Positions 26,843 to 37,457 are shown, counted from the stretch's first letter. The stretch: 64,000 nucleotides of DNA from Chthoniobacterales bacterium (GCA_038207335.1 JBBQZX010000007.1:138651-202650), one strand, 5' to 3'. Notes: generated by a model not told the origin, from the sequence alone. Program-made: numbers and translations.

Positions 26843-28678
26843 GTGCGCGAAACTTCTACACTCGCGCTTCCGAAAAAAGTCTGTGAACCAAGCCACGTTT
26901 TGAACGCCTACTGCGCCTCGCCTTTCACGTACCAGCGCCGCCCGACGCGCGCAGTCCATGTCGGCAAAGTCGCAGTCGGCGGCGACAATCCGATCCGCGT
27001 CCAGTCGATGATCACCTGCGACACGATGGACACCGCGGCCAGCATCCAGCAGACGCTCGACCTCGTCGCTGTCGGCTGCGAGATCGTCCGCATCACTGCG
27101 CCGACGGTGAAAGACGCCGCGAATCTCCAGCACATCGTCTCCGGGCTTCGGGAGCGCGGATGCGATGTGCCGATCGTCGCCGACATCCATTTTAAGCCCG
27201 AAGCGGCGATGGAGGCTGCGAAGTGGGTCGAGAAAGTGCGGATCAATCCCGGTAACTACGCCGACTCGAAAAAGTTCAAAATCGTCGAATACACCGACGA
27301 CCAATATGCCGCCGAGCTTGAGAGAATCCGCGAGCGCTTCACGCCGCTCGTCGAGCTGTGCAAAGCCCGCGGCGTAGCCATGCGGATCGGCACGAACCAC
27401 GGCTCGCTCAGCGACCGCATCATGAATCGCTATGGCGACACGCCGCTCGGCATGGTCGAGAGCGCGCTCGAGTTCGCCCGCATCGCCCGCGACCTCGACT
27501 ACCACGAGTTCGTCTTTTCGATGAAATCCTCGAATCCAAAAGTGATGATCGAGGCCTACCGCCTCCTCGCCGCGCGGCTCGCGGAGGAAGGCAGTGACTG
27601 GAACTACCCCATTCACCTCGGTGTCACCGAAGCCGGCGACGGCGAAGACGCCCGCATCAAAAGCGCCATCGGCATCGGCAGCCTCCTTGCCGACGGCATC
27701 GGCGACACCATCCGCGTCTCACTGACCGAGGACAGCGTCCACGAAATCCCCGTCGCGCGCGCCCTCGCTGAACGCGCTCCGGGCGAAGCGCAATCGAACG
27801 CCGATTTCACACCTCCCATTTCCCACACCGCGTGGGATCCCTTTGTTTATGAGCGTCGCGCGTCGCATACCATCGAGCGTGGCGGCGTGAAAATCGGCGG
27901 CGAAGAACTCGTTCGAGTCGTCGTCAAGCAGCGCATCTTCGACGCCGTCGCGCACAAACTCCCGCAGATGGGCGACTACCAGCCGGAGATCGTTTCCGAG
28001 ACCGCCAAAATCATCGAACTCGACCCGCGCGACGCCGCGCAAATCGCGGTGCTCAACGCGGACGCCAACGACCGTTTCGTCACCGTCCGCGACGATTGCC
28101 CGCTGCCCGTCATCGCCGCTTTCCGTTTGCTCGCCGCGCAACTCGATCCGCGTCATCCGATTCTACTGAAAGACGTGCTCTCGGCACTGCCTGACCAACC
28201 ATTTCTCCACACACTCCTGACCGCCGCGACGAACATCGGCTCACTGCTATGCGACGGCATCGGCGACGCCATCCTCGTACAAGGGGAAAATGCCCCCGGC
28301 CAATCCCTCCGCCTCAGCTACAACATCCTGCAAGCCGCCGGCGCTCGCATTTTCAAGACCGACTACGTGGCCTGCCCGAGCTGTGGACGCACGCTTTTCA
28401 ACCTCCAGACCACCACCGCGAAAATCAAAGCCGCGACCGTCCATTTGAAAGGCGTGAAAATCGCCATCATGGGCTGCATCGTGAACGGCCCGGGCGAAAT
28501 GGCCGACGCCGATTTCGGCTACGTCGGCGGCGCCCCCGGCAAAATCAATCTCTACGTCGGCAAGACCCCCGTGAAATTCAACATTCCCGAGTCCGAGGCC
28601 GTCGATCGGCTCCAGGACTTGATCCGCGAGCATGGCAAGTGGGTAGAACCTACATCCGAAGTCCTCGTTCCAACATGA
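26843..28678 (+). CDS. ispG: HMBPP synthase, long form
   Basis: PIRVQSM, VADIHF, RINPGN, RIGTNHGSLS, HLGVTEAG, CPSCGRT, MGCIVNGPGE. Confidence 0.96.
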   Translation: MRETSTLALPKKVCEPSHVLNAYCASPFTYQRRPTRAVHVGKVAVGGDNPIRVQSMITCDTMDTAASIQQTLDLVAVGCEIVRITAPTVKDAANLQHIVSGLRERGCDVPIVADIHFKPEAAMEAAKWVEKVRINPGNYADSKKFKIVEYTDDQYAAELERIRERFTPLVELCKARGVAMRIGTNHGSLSDRIMNRYGDTPLGMVESALEFARIARDLDYHEFVFSMKSSNPKVMIEAYRLLAARLAEEGSDWNYPIHLGVTEAGDGEDARIKSAIGIGSLLADGIGDTIRVSLTEDSVHEIPVARALAERAPGEAQSNADFTPPISHTAWDPFVYERRASHTIERGGVKIGGEELVRVVVKQRIFDAVAHKLPQMGDYQPEIVSETAKIIELDPRDAAQIAVLNADANDRFVTVRDDCPLPVIAAFRLLAAQLDPRHPILLKDVLSALPDQPFLHTLLTAATNIGSLLCDGIGDAILVQGENAPGQSLRLSYNILQAAGARIFKTDYVACPSCGRTLFNLQTTTAKIKAATVHLKGVKIAIMGCIVNGPGEMADADFGYVGGAPGKINLYVGKTPVKFNIPESEAVDRLQDLIREHGKWVEPTSEVLVPT

Positions 28679-29499
28679 AAACACTCAAAGGCTCGACCGT
28701 TTTAATCACCGGCGCATCCTCCGGCTTCGGCGCGGAATTCGCGCGCCAGCTCGCCCCGCACGCGCACTGCCTCCTCCTCGTCGCCCGCCGCCGCGAGCGA
28801 CTCGACGCACTCGCCTCCGAGATCGCGCGCCCGGGCCTCACCGTCCACTGCTTCGCCGCCGATCTCTCGGATGAAAATGCGATCCAAAGCCTGCTCCGCG
28901 ACATCGTCGTAAATGGCGAACAAGTCACCTTTCTCATCAACAACGCCGGCGTCGGCGACCACGGCTTTTTCGAGGACGCCGAATGGCCGCGCGTCCAGTC
29001 GATGCTCGATGTGAACATCCTCGCACTCACCCGCCTCACGCACGGCATCGTGCCGCAGCTCGTCCGCTCCGGCCGCGGCGCAATCCTGAATGTCAGCTCC
29101 ATCGCGGGCTACCTCCCTATGCCGAAAATGGCCGTCTATGCCGCGACGAAATCATACGTCACGAGCTTCACCGAAGCCCTCCGCGCCGAGCTGCGCGGCA
29201 GCGGTGTCACCGTCTCCGCCGTCTGCCCCGGCCCCGTCGATACCGAGTTCTTCGACACCGCCGAGCGCGAGGGCAGCGACGACGAAATGACCATGCCGGA
29301 CTTTTTCAAAGTCACCCCCGCGCAAGTCGTCCGCGACGCCCTCCACGCCGTGATCCACGACCGCGCCCGCGTAGTCCCCGGCCTCCCCGTCTGCATCGCC
29401 ATCGGGCTCGTCGCGCTCATCCCTATCTTCCTCCTCCGCCTCCTCCTCCCGCCCGGTCGTCCCACCAAGCCCGCTCGACAAGCCCCCGCCACCACCTAA
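28675..29499 (+). CDS. Short-chain dehydrogenase/reductase
   Basis: TGASSGFG, NNAG, NVSS, YAATK, CPGPV; ATGA overlap with ispG. Confidence 0.93.
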   Translation: MKTLKGSTVLITGASSGFGAEFARQLAPHAHCLLLVARRRERLDALASEIARPGLTVHCFAADLSDENAIQSLLRDIVVNGEQVTFLINNAGVGDHGFFEDAEWPRVQSMLDVNILALTRLTHGIVPQLVRSGRGAILNVSSIAGYLPMPKMAVYAATKSYVTSFTEALRAELRGSGVTVSAVCPGPVDTEFFDTAEREGSDDEMTMPDFFKVTPAQVVRDALHAVIHDRARVVPGLPVCIAIGLVALIPIFLLRLLLPPGRPTKPARQAPATT

Positions 29500-29511
29500 C
29501 CTCCCCGCGCC

Positions 29512-29832
29512 ATGATCCCCATCGTCAAACTCTACTACTTCATCTTCGGAGCGCTCACGATCCTCGGCGGGCTCATGGGCTTCCTGAAAAAGCACAGCGT
29601 CGCGTCTCTCATTGCCGGCGGGCTCTGCGGCATCCTGCTCATCATCGCCGGCGTGCTTTTGAAAGACAAAGTTCCGCCCGCTCTCATCCTCGGCGGCGTC
29701 GTCTCACTCGCCCTGCTCGGAAAATTTCTCCCCGCATTCCTCCACAAGCACACGTGGATGCCTGGCGGCATCATGTGCATCCTCGCGCTGATCGGCATCA
29801 TCGTCTCGGTGCTCGGCTTCGCCAAAAACTAG
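29512..29832 (+). CDS. TMEM14-family small membrane protein
   Basis: GGLMGFLKKHSVASLIAG; four hydrophobic segments; MPGG. Confidence 0.85.
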   Translation: MIPIVKLYYFIFGALTILGGLMGFLKKHSVASLIAGGLCGILLIIAGVLLKDKVPPALILGGVVSLALLGKFLPAFLHKHTWMPGGIMCILALIGIIVSVLGFAKN

Positions 29833-29861
29833 CGCCCACCGCTATTAGTTCCCGCCCGCAG

Positions 29862-31157
29862 ATGCGCTGGCCCATCGCCGTCCCAGCCGCTCTGGCGCTT
29901 GCTTTTGCGCTCACCGCCTGCCCGCGGCCGCAGCCGCCGCGCCCGCCCGTCGAGCCCACGCCGCAGCCCGCCACCCCGCCGCCGCTGCCTACGCCTCCGC
30001 CGATACCGCCGCCTCCATACGTCCCGAACAAACGGCTCGAAACCGGCCGCATCTTCAACGGCATGCAATACCGCGTGACCCTCGAAACCGAAGTCGGCAG
30101 CACCGCCACCACCGAGCGCAACGAGCCCGGCAGCTACGTCGCCGACCTCCGCGTGAAAGTCCGCGTCCCTCAGCCCCACAAAAGCCTCGCCGAAATCACC
30201 AAGCTCAACGCCCAACTCCCCGCTCTCCTCCCAGGACTCCCGGCGCTACTTGATTCCGCACACGTCTCCCACTTTTACGACGACCTCTACCGCCTCAAAG
30301 TCGCCAGCCTCCAGTCCAGCCTCAACCGCCTCGACAACCTCCTCTCGCGCCACAACTTCTTCGACACCGAGACCATCCTCGAACTCGAAGACACCAAAAC
30401 CAAACGCCGCGCCCTCTTCATCCAGAGCGACATGGACGTCGATGAAGACGGCTCCGACAGCGACCGCGTCCCCGAGGTCGATGGGTCCTCCGTCACCTTC
30501 CAGCCCTTCACCAGCTATAAGTGGCCGAAGAAAACCGCCACCCCGAATTCCTTCATCCTCCCGCGCGAGGCGAAAATGCGCGCCTTGGAGCTCGAGCTCA
30601 CGCAGCCCGGAGTCTCCGCCGCGAAAATCCGCGACTCCAAGCAAACCATCACCCGCCTGAAAGCCGAGATTTCCGACCTCAAAAAATTCAGCTACCTCGT
30701 CGCATCCACCGACCCCTACGTCGTCCTCCCCGGTGCCATGTTTGGAAAATCGAAAGGCCCATTCGCCCCCGCTGTCGGCGACTACTGCGTTATCGCCTAC
30801 GACTCGACCCTTTACCCCGCCATCATCGGCGACGTCGGCCCCAGCGCCATCGCCGGCGAAGCCTCCCTCCGTATCTGCAAGCAACTCAACGCCCGCGCCG
30901 ACACCAACAACCGTCCCGTCAACGACCTCAAAGTGACCTACCTCATCTTCCCCGGCACTGCGGAAAAGCCGACTACCGCCCCCGATTTTTCAAAGTGGAG
31001 TTCTCGCTGCGCTCAATTCCTCGATGAACTCGGCGGCCACACAGGGGAGTTACTTTTGTGGGAAGATCTGACCAAACCCAAACCACCACCGGAAATCCCA
31101 CCTGCCGCTCCGCAACCCGCACCGGCTTCAACTCCCGCCCCGAAGCCCGCAGGATAA
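29862..31157 (+). CDS. GH75 (chitosanase-like) lipoprotein
   Basis: Lipobox LTAC; Pro-rich linkers; DMDVDEDG, PYVVLP, GDYCV, AIIGDVGP, GEAS, VTYLIFPG. Confidence 0.8.
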   Translation: MRWPIAVPAALALAFALTACPRPQPPRPPVEPTPQPATPPPLPTPPPIPPPPYVPNKRLETGRIFNGMQYRVTLETEVGSTATTERNEPGSYVADLRVKVRVPQPHKSLAEITKLNAQLPALLPGLPALLDSAHVSHFYDDLYRLKVASLQSSLNRLDNLLSRHNFFDTETILELEDTKTKRRALFIQSDMDVDEDGSDSDRVPEVDGSSVTFQPFTSYKWPKKTATPNSFILPREAKMRALELELTQPGVSAAKIRDSKQTITRLKAEISDLKKFSYLVASTDPYVVLPGAMFGKSKGPFAPAVGDYCVIAYDSTLYPAIIGDVGPSAIAGEASLRICKQLNARADTNNRPVNDLKVTYLIFPGTAEKPTTAPDFSKWSSRCAQFLDELGGHTGELLLWEDLTKPKPPPEIPPAAPQPAPASTPAPKPAG

Positions 31158-31168
31158 AATCCGGACAC

Positions 31169-32188
31169 TCAATTTTCCGCATACCAGCGGACTGTTTCGG
31201 CGAGGCCGGTGACGACGGAGACCGTGGGGGCGAAGCCGATGGCTTGGGTGATTTTTGCGATGTCGGCGGAGGAGTGGGTGATGTCGCCGGGGCGCGGAGA
31301 GCTGTAGATGACAGGCTTTGCGGGCGATCCTGTGAGCGTGGCGAGTTCTGTCGCAATGAGGTTGTAGAGTTCGTCGAGGGTGTTGCTGACACCGAGGGCG
31401 ACGTTGAAGACAGCACCGAACGCGTCGGCGTTTTCGGCCGTGGCGGCGAGGAGGTTGGCTTGGACGACATTTGCAACGTGGCAGAAATCGCGAGTGATCG
31501 AGCCCTCGCCGTTGATCGCGCAGGTGCCCCCCGCGAGGAGTTTCGCCACCCACAGCGGGATCACCGCCGCGTATCCACCGGCAGGATTTTGGCGCGGGCC
31601 GAAAATGTTGAAATACCGCAGGCCGATGGTTTGCAGACCGTAGTGCCGGCCAAATTGCTCGGCATAAATCTCGCACATCCGCTTCGACGCGGCGTACGGC
31701 GAAAGCGCCGCGCCGATGTGCTCCTCGACTTTCGGCATCCGAGCATCGTCGCCATAGACGGCGCTGCTGCTCGCATAGACAAAGCGCCGCACACCGCAAT
31801 CGCGCGCCGCCGCGAGGAGATTCAGCGTTCCCGTGACATTCGTCGTGTGGCAGCCGAGCGGGCCTTCGATCGACTGCGGGACCGACACAAAGCCAGCCTG
31901 ATGGAGCACGAAATCGACGCCTTCGCACGCCGCGCGGCAGGCGGGGAGATCGCTCACGCTTCCCTCCGAAAATATGAAACGCGCCCACTGCTCCGGCGAG
32001 ACGCGGCGTTGCACGTCGCCGAGATTTTCTCGCGAGCCGGTGGACAGATCGTCGAGCCCGATCACCCGCTGATCCAGCAACAGTAAGGCTTCGAGCAGAT
32101 GCGAGCCGATGAACCCGGCGACGCCTGTGATGAGCCAGCCGCGCGGCTGCGCGCGGAGTTCAGCGGATATCTTTTCGTAAGCGGACAT
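31169..32188 (-). CDS. NAD-dependent UDP-sugar 4-epimerase (WbpP/TviC-like)
   Basis: WLITGVAGFIGS, LHQA, YASSS, SPYAASK, LRYFNIFGPRQ, YAAVIP, GDITHS. Confidence 0.92.
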   Translation of the reverse strand: MSAYEKISAELRAQPRGWLITGVAGFIGSHLLEALLLLDQRVIGLDDLSTGSRENLGDVQRRVSPEQWARFIFSEGSVSDLPACRAACEGVDFVLHQAGFVSVPQSIEGPLGCHTTNVTGTLNLLAAARDCGVRRFVYASSSAVYGDDARMPKVEEHIGAALSPYAASKRMCEIYAEQFGRHYGLQTIGLRYFNIFGPRQNPAGGYAAVIPLWVAKLLAGGTCAINGEGSITRDFCHVANVVQANLLAATAENADAFGAVFNVALGVSNTLDELYNLIATELATLTGSPAKPVIYSSPRPGDITHSSADIAKITQAIGFAPTVSVVTGLAETVRWYAEN

Positions 32189-32199
32189 GCGTGGGTCGT

Positions 32200-33381
32200 T
32201 CAGTGCACCTGCGCGCTGCGTGCGTCTTTTTCCGAATCGCTGCGTCCGCCGCGGTAAAAATCCGCGGCCGATTGCAGGACGGATTCGTATTGCGAGGTGA
32301 TGGCGGCGAGGTCGAAGTCGCGCGCTTTTTCGTGACTCGCGGCTTTCATCGCGGTAAAGCGCGCGGGATCGCCGATGAGCGCGCGAAGGCCGCTGGCAAA
32401 GGCTTTGACATCGCCAACGGGCAGCAGCAGCGCATTCTCCGGCGACGCGACGTCCCGCAGGCCAGGGATTGCGCTACCAACGATCGCGAGTCCGAATTTC
32501 AGCGCCTCTACCGCTGCAACCGGCATGCCCTCGACGCTCGACGGCATCACAAGCGCATCCGCTTCGCGCAAGATCGCGTGAACTTCCGGCGTCTTGAGCC
32601 AGCCGGTGACGCGCGCGCGTTCCTGTAATCCGGTCTCCGCGAGACGCTCGCGGACGGCGAGCATCTGCGGGCCGTCGCCGATGACCGTGATCGTCCAATC
32701 GAGGTCGCGGAGCCGCGCGAGTGCGTCGATGAGAAAGAGCAGATTTTTCTGCGGATTGAACCGACCGATGAACAACAGATGCGGCGGCGATCCAGCAGGG
32801 ACGGGCTTTTCCGGGCGGTCCGCGAGGTCGATGCCGTTGAGGATTTTCTCGACCGGGCGGTCGTAGGCGGCGACCGCGAGTTCGCTCACAAACTCGCTGA
32901 CGGCGGTGACCGCCGCCGCCTGCTGCCAAACGCGCCGGGCGATCGGGTCGATCATTTTGAAAAGCGTATCGGTGTCCTGCGGCAGCGCGCCGGGCACATC
33001 GCCGAGATGCGCGGTGAGCACATACGGCACGCCCGTGACCCAATGCGCGACCCAGGCGAGGAGGCCGGTCGGCATGGCGAAATGCGCGTGGATGACATCC
33101 GGCTGCCAGCGCGCGATGTGGCGAAGCGTCGGCAGAAAACTGGTCGCAACGAAAAGCCCCATTTCATGCACCGCGCAGGTGTCTTCGCGTCGGCGGAAGC
33201 TCGGCGTGCGGAAAATCTCGACGCCGCGAATCGTCTCGCGCGCGGGCAGGTGCGACATGCCCGCCGTCTGCACGCGAACCTCGTGCCCGCGGGCCTCTAG
33301 CGCCTCCGCAATGCTCTGCGCCGCGCGCCCGCCGCCGCCGCCGATGGGCGGATATTCGTAGCAGAGGACGAGGATTTTCAT
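32200..33381 (-). CDS. GT4 glycosyltransferase
   Basis: YEYPPIGGGG, IHAHF, NGID, GRFNPQKN, EGMPVAAVEA. Confidence 0.93.
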   Translation of the reverse strand: MKILVLCYEYPPIGGGGGRAAQSIAEALEARGHEVRVQTAGMSHLPARETIRGVEIFRTPSFRRREDTCAVHEMGLFVATSFLPTLRHIARWQPDVIHAHFAMPTGLLAWVAHWVTGVPYVLTAHLGDVPGALPQDTDTLFKMIDPIARRVWQQAAAVTAVSEFVSELAVAAYDRPVEKILNGIDLADRPEKPVPAGSPPHLLFIGRFNPQKNLLFLIDALARLRDLDWTITVIGDGPQMLAVRERLAETGLQERARVTGWLKTPEVHAILREADALVMPSSVEGMPVAAVEALKFGLAIVGSAIPGLRDVASPENALLLPVGDVKAFASGLRALIGDPARFTAMKAASHEKARDFDLAAITSQYESVLQSAADFYRGGRSDSEKDARSAQVH

Positions 33382-33391
33382 GCATCCGAAA

Positions 33392-35242
33392 TCATTTCCG
33401 CAGCCATCGCGTGAGCAGCCACTCGCTCCACAAAAACAGCCGCTCGTCGGATTTTCCGGCGCGGTGGGAGGCGAGTTTTTTAGCGATGAAATCGGGGTTT
33501 AGCGGCGCGGGCGACGGGGCGCTGCAATCGAAGCGGCTTTCGCGCAGCCAGCGGCCGATGGGCATCCCAAATCCTTTCTTCGGACGCTCGACGATCTCGC
33601 GCGGAAGCAAAGGGGCGAGGGCGCGTTTGAGGATCCATTTCGTCTCGCCGTTGTGGAGCTTGAGCTGGTGCGGGATGCGACGAGCGAGATCTACAAATTC
33701 GATGTCGAGGAAGGGCGAGCGCGCTTCGAGGGACGACATCATCGAGGCGCGATCGACTTTCGCGAGGATGCCGTCCTGGAGGTAGAGGTTCGTCCAGAAT
33801 TGGAGCGAGCGGTCGATGAGGTTTGGCTGCGCACAGCGGTCCCATGCGGTGATCGCTTCGCTGTAAATCTCGTCGATGTCGGTGGGCTCTCGGAAAAGTT
33901 CGGACAGCTCGGACGGCTCGGCAGCGCCCATCCAGACAGGGTTCCAGAGCTTCGGCGGGTAGCTGAGGCCCATCAGGGTACGCTTGATTTTGAAGTCGAA
34001 GCTGATGTTGGCGTGGCTGACGGGGAGGCGTCCGGCGAGGAGCCGGATCGCGGTGTGGAGTGGGCGCGGGACGAAGCGCGAATACGCGTCGGCGGAGCGG
34101 AGCGCGCGCATCGGATCGTAGCCGGCGAAGAGTTCGTCGCCGCCATCGCCGCCGAGCGCGACGGTGACGTGCTGGCGGGTAAATCGCGCGAGCAGGCAGG
34201 TCGGGAGGAGCGAGCCGTCGCCGAGCGGTTCGTCGAGATGCGCGATGATTTCGGGAAGGAGCGCGACGGATTTGTCGAGGTCGAGAATCTCCTCGCGATG
34301 CCACGTGCCGAGTCGCTCGGCGACGAACCGGGCGTGCGCGGATTCGTCGAAGCTCGGCTCGTTGAAACCGATGGAAAAGGTGTTGAGCTGTCCGGCGGGA
34401 ACGTGCTTCGCGGCGAGCGCGGCGATGGCGGAGGAGTCGAGGCCGCCGCTGAGGAAAACGCCGAGCGGCACGTCGGACATGAGCCGTCTATTCACCGAAC
34501 GCTCCAGCGTGTCGCGGAGGTTTTCGCAGAGGGCGGGAACGTCGCGGCCGAGCGCTTCGTCGGGCTCCATTTTGAACTCCCAGAAACGCGTGATTTTCAA
34601 CTCGCGACTCGTGAGGTCGAAAGCGAACGAGTGCCCGCCGGGCAGCTTCCAGACCCGCTCGTAGATTGAGCGCGGGGCGGGGATGTAGCAGTAGGCGAAG
34701 TATTTTTTGAGCGAGAGCGTGGAGAGATTTCGCGGGCAGCTCGGATGCGCAAGGAGCGCGGGAAGCTCGCTAGCGAAGCCGAAGTTTTCCCCCTCGTGAA
34801 AGTAGTAGAGCGGCTTTTTCCCGAAGCGGTCACGGCTGCCGAAAAGACGCTGCCTTTCGCGATCGAAAATGACGAACGCCCACATGCCATTGAGTCGCTC
34901 GACGAAGCCGTCGCCCCACTCGCGATAGGCGTGGAGCAGCACCTCGGTGTCGGAGTGGTCGGTGAGGAAAACGCAGCGGCGCGCCTTCAGCTCCGTGCGG
35001 AGTTCGGCGTGGTTGTAAATCTCGCCATTGAAGACGACGCCGAGCGCGCGGTCGGCGGTCCACATCGGCTGCGCGCCGCCGCTGAGATCGACAATGGAGA
35101 GGCGTCTGTGGCCGAGGAAAACGCCCGCGCTTTCATCCTGCCAAAGTCCCTCCGCATCGGGCCCGCGATGGCGGATGGCATCGGTCATCCGGCGCAGAGT
35201 CGAGCGGTCGCCCGCACCCACGAAGCCAGCGATCCCGCACAT
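33392..35242 (-). CDS. asnB: Asparagine synthase-like glutamine amidotransferase (probably glycan amidation)
   Basis: MCGIAG, HRGPD, HRRLSI, NGEIYN, RDRFGKKPL, LSGGLDSS, GDGGDELFAGY, KKGF. Confidence 0.93.
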   Translation of the reverse strand: MCGIAGFVGAGDRSTLRRMTDAIRHRGPDAEGLWQDESAGVFLGHRRLSIVDLSGGAQPMWTADRALGVVFNGEIYNHAELRTELKARRCVFLTDHSDTEVLLHAYREWGDGFVERLNGMWAFVIFDRERQRLFGSRDRFGKKPLYYFHEGENFGFASELPALLAHPSCPRNLSTLSLKKYFAYCYIPAPRSIYERVWKLPGGHSFAFDLTSRELKITRFWEFKMEPDEALGRDVPALCENLRDTLERSVNRRLMSDVPLGVFLSGGLDSSAIAALAAKHVPAGQLNTFSIGFNEPSFDESAHARFVAERLGTWHREEILDLDKSVALLPEIIAHLDEPLGDGSLLPTCLLARFTRQHVTVALGGDGGDELFAGYDPMRALRSADAYSRFVPRPLHTAIRLLAGRLPVSHANISFDFKIKRTLMGLSYPPKLWNPVWMGAAEPSELSELFREPTDIDEIYSEAITAWDRCAQPNLIDRSLQFWTNLYLQDGILAKVDRASMMSSLEARSPFLDIEFVDLARRIPHQLKLHNGETKWILKRALAPLLPREIVERPKKGFGMPIGRWLRESRFDCSAPSPAPLNPDFIAKKLASHRAGKSDERLFLWSEWLLTRWLRK

Positions 35243-35245
35243 CGA

Positions 35246-36217
35246 TCAAGAGACGCCGGGCGGCACCGCAGGCTCCAGATTCCGCGTCTCGCGGATGAGA
35301 TAGACGCGCTTTCCCTGGCTCTCGAAAAAGGTGCGCATGATGACTTCCGCGAGCAGGCCGAGGAGCACGCAGATCACTCCGACACCGGCGGTCATTACGG
35401 CCACGAGCGGCATCGGCGTCTCGATGAATGAGCGCGGCACGCTGGCGAAATATTTCAAAAAAACAGCGAACGCCGCGCTGAGAAAGCTGAGCGAAAACGC
35501 GGAGAGCCCAACCGCACCGAAGACGTACATCGGCTTCTGTTGGAAGCGGTCGAGGAACTTCACGACGATGAGGTCGGCGAGCACTTTGAGCACGCGCTCG
35601 AGGCCGTATTTCGAGTTGCCGCTGGTGCGCGCGTAGTGGCGCACGGGCACCTCCGCGATGCGCGCGCCGTGCCACGAAACGTAGATCGGCAGGAAGCGGT
35701 GCATCTCGCCGTAGAGCCGCACGCCCTCGATCACGTCGCGCCGATACGCCTTCAGCGAGCAGCCGAAATCATGGAGCTTCACGCCGCTGACGAATGAGAT
35801 GAGCCGGTTCGCCATGATGCTCGGGAGGTTGCGTTTCACCGCATTGTCCTTGCGATCTTTCCGCCAGCCGGAGCACACGTCGTAGCCCTCCTCGAGCTTC
35901 GCGAGCATGAGTGGGATGTCGGCGGGATCGTTCTGCAGGTCCCCGTCGATCGGGATGATGATGTCGCCGCGCGCGTGGTCGAAACCGGCCATCATCGCGG
36001 CGGTCTGGCCGAAGTTCCGGCGAAAGTGGATCACCTTCACCGCGGGGTCACGCGCGGCGATTTCGTCGAGCAATTCCTCGCTGCCGTCGGTCGATCCGTC
36101 ATTCACCAGGATGAGCTCCCACGGCTGGCCGATCTCGCGCATCGTGGAGCTGATGCGCTCGTAAAGCGGCACGATATTCCCCACTTCATTGCAGATAGGG
36201 ACGGTGACAGAGAGCAT
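35246..36217 (-). CDS. GT2 polyprenol-phosphate glycosyltransferase (ArnC/GtrB-like)
   Basis: VNDGSTD, RNFGQTAA, DGDLQNDP, DFGCSLKAY, MHRFLP; two C-terminal TMs. Confidence 0.93.
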   Translation of the reverse strand: MLSVTVPICNEVGNIVPLYERISSTMREIGQPWELILVNDGSTDGSEELLDEIAARDPAVKVIHFRRNFGQTAAMMAGFDHARGDIIIPIDGDLQNDPADIPLMLAKLEEGYDVCSGWRKDRKDNAVKRNLPSIMANRLISFVSGVKLHDFGCSLKAYRRDVIEGVRLYGEMHRFLPIYVSWHGARIAEVPVRHYARTSGNSKYGLERVLKVLADLIVVKFLDRFQQKPMYVFGAVGLSAFSLSFLSAAFAVFLKYFASVPRSFIETPMPLVAVMTAGVGVICVLLGLLAEVIMRTFFESQGKRVYLIRETRNLEPAVPPGVS

Positions 36218-36224
36218 CGCGGCG

Positions 36225-36253
36225 ACCGTATCGGCGGCGGAAAGATCGTGCAA
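36225..36253 (-). promoter_or_regulatory. Sigma70-like promoter, leaderless arrangement
   Basis: TTGCAC-17 nt-TACGGT-7 nt-ATG(36217) on the minus strand. Confidence 0.65.
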
Positions 36254-36337
36254 AATTAAAACCGGTCTGCGGGCAGATATCGCCGTTGGCATCGGAGGTG
36301 TCTCCGGGATGACAGAGCGAGCGTAGGTGCCGAATGA

Positions 36338-36883
36338 GGCGTCGATGCCGTCGCGCTGGGGCTCACCACCCACTTGGCGGATCTCACCGATGCCAGCCAC
36401 ACCGCCACCGATGCCCTCGAAGAGAGCATCACCACGGCCACCACCCAAGCAATCGAAGCCGTCAACGCCACCGCCGCCAAAGACGACCTCCGCGCCAGTG
36501 GCATCGCCCTGTTGAACGCCGCCGCCAGTTGGGCCGAAGACAACGTCAAAGTCCCGCTCAAGCTTAGCAAGGTTTACACCCTGCAAGCCACAGCCACCCC
36601 CACCACCAGCATCGCGCAATTCACCGACCTTGCCATCAGCTTCGGCGACGGCCCCGGCGAACTCGACACCATGTGGAAGTCCGTGGACCGCGCCATGTCC
36701 TACGAACTCCAATGGCGCCTCGCCGCCGCCGGCACCTGGACCCTCGCCAAAACCGCCAACAAAAGCCGCACCCGCCTAATCGACCTCCCCAGCGCCCCGT
36801 GCATCCAAATCCGCGCCCGCGCCCTCGGCCCCAACGACATCCAAGGCCCCTGGAGCGACCCCGGCGAGCACCTAGTCCCCTAA
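36338..36883 (+). pseudogene. Helical plus fibronectin-III-like protein, apparently 5'-truncated
   Basis: Coding-like frame runs from just after TGA 36335; the first possible start is TTG 36374; C-terminal W..V..A.SYELQW...IRARALG...GPWSD is FN3-like. Confidence 0.5.
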
Positions 36884-37190
36884 ACCAAAGCCCCTATACA
36901 ACACTCCGCGGCGCGCCCAGAAAACGGCGGCGCGCAGAGGAATTTTTTCCGTAACTTTCGTCAACCCCTCGTTACCAAGCTGACGTGCGAATTGCTCCCG
37001 CTCTAAACGTCACGCCTGTATTTTTGTGTGTTTCGCGAGTGGACTTCGGGGAGGCAGAACAACCTCGTAGTTTCGTGAAGGACTTATACCAGACCAATGC
37101 GACAACGTTTGGCTCGTAGCCTCCTTCAATGGGCATTTTGTCTTGAGGTAAAGATATGCCGCTGTCACTATTGACGCTGGCGTTGACTAA

Positions 37191-37457
37191 TCAACCGTCC
37201 AGAAGCTCCAGAGTGGGGACTCGTCCTTCAGCTGTGGTGCGGGCACGGTCTTTGAATCGACAGACGCTCGCGGCGATGGGGACAAGGTGTTCGGCACGGA
37301 AGACTGTGCCGACTTTGCCGTCGAACTCGGTGGAATGAGCTTCGCGCACGGCTTCCTCGGTGAGCCCGTGAGTGGCGAGCCACTGCACCGGGAAGCCACG
37401 GATGAGGAACTGTGCGCGGTCGATGGAATAGCCGAGCCGCTGGAGGTGCTCATCAAT
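37191..37457 (-). pseudogene. Remnant of a nucleotidyltransferase-like gene
   Basis: IDEHLQRLGY...IRGFPVQWL...LTEEAVREA...VFRAEHLV...RFKDRAR; lacks the N-terminal GS/DxD part and a start. Confidence 0.5.
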
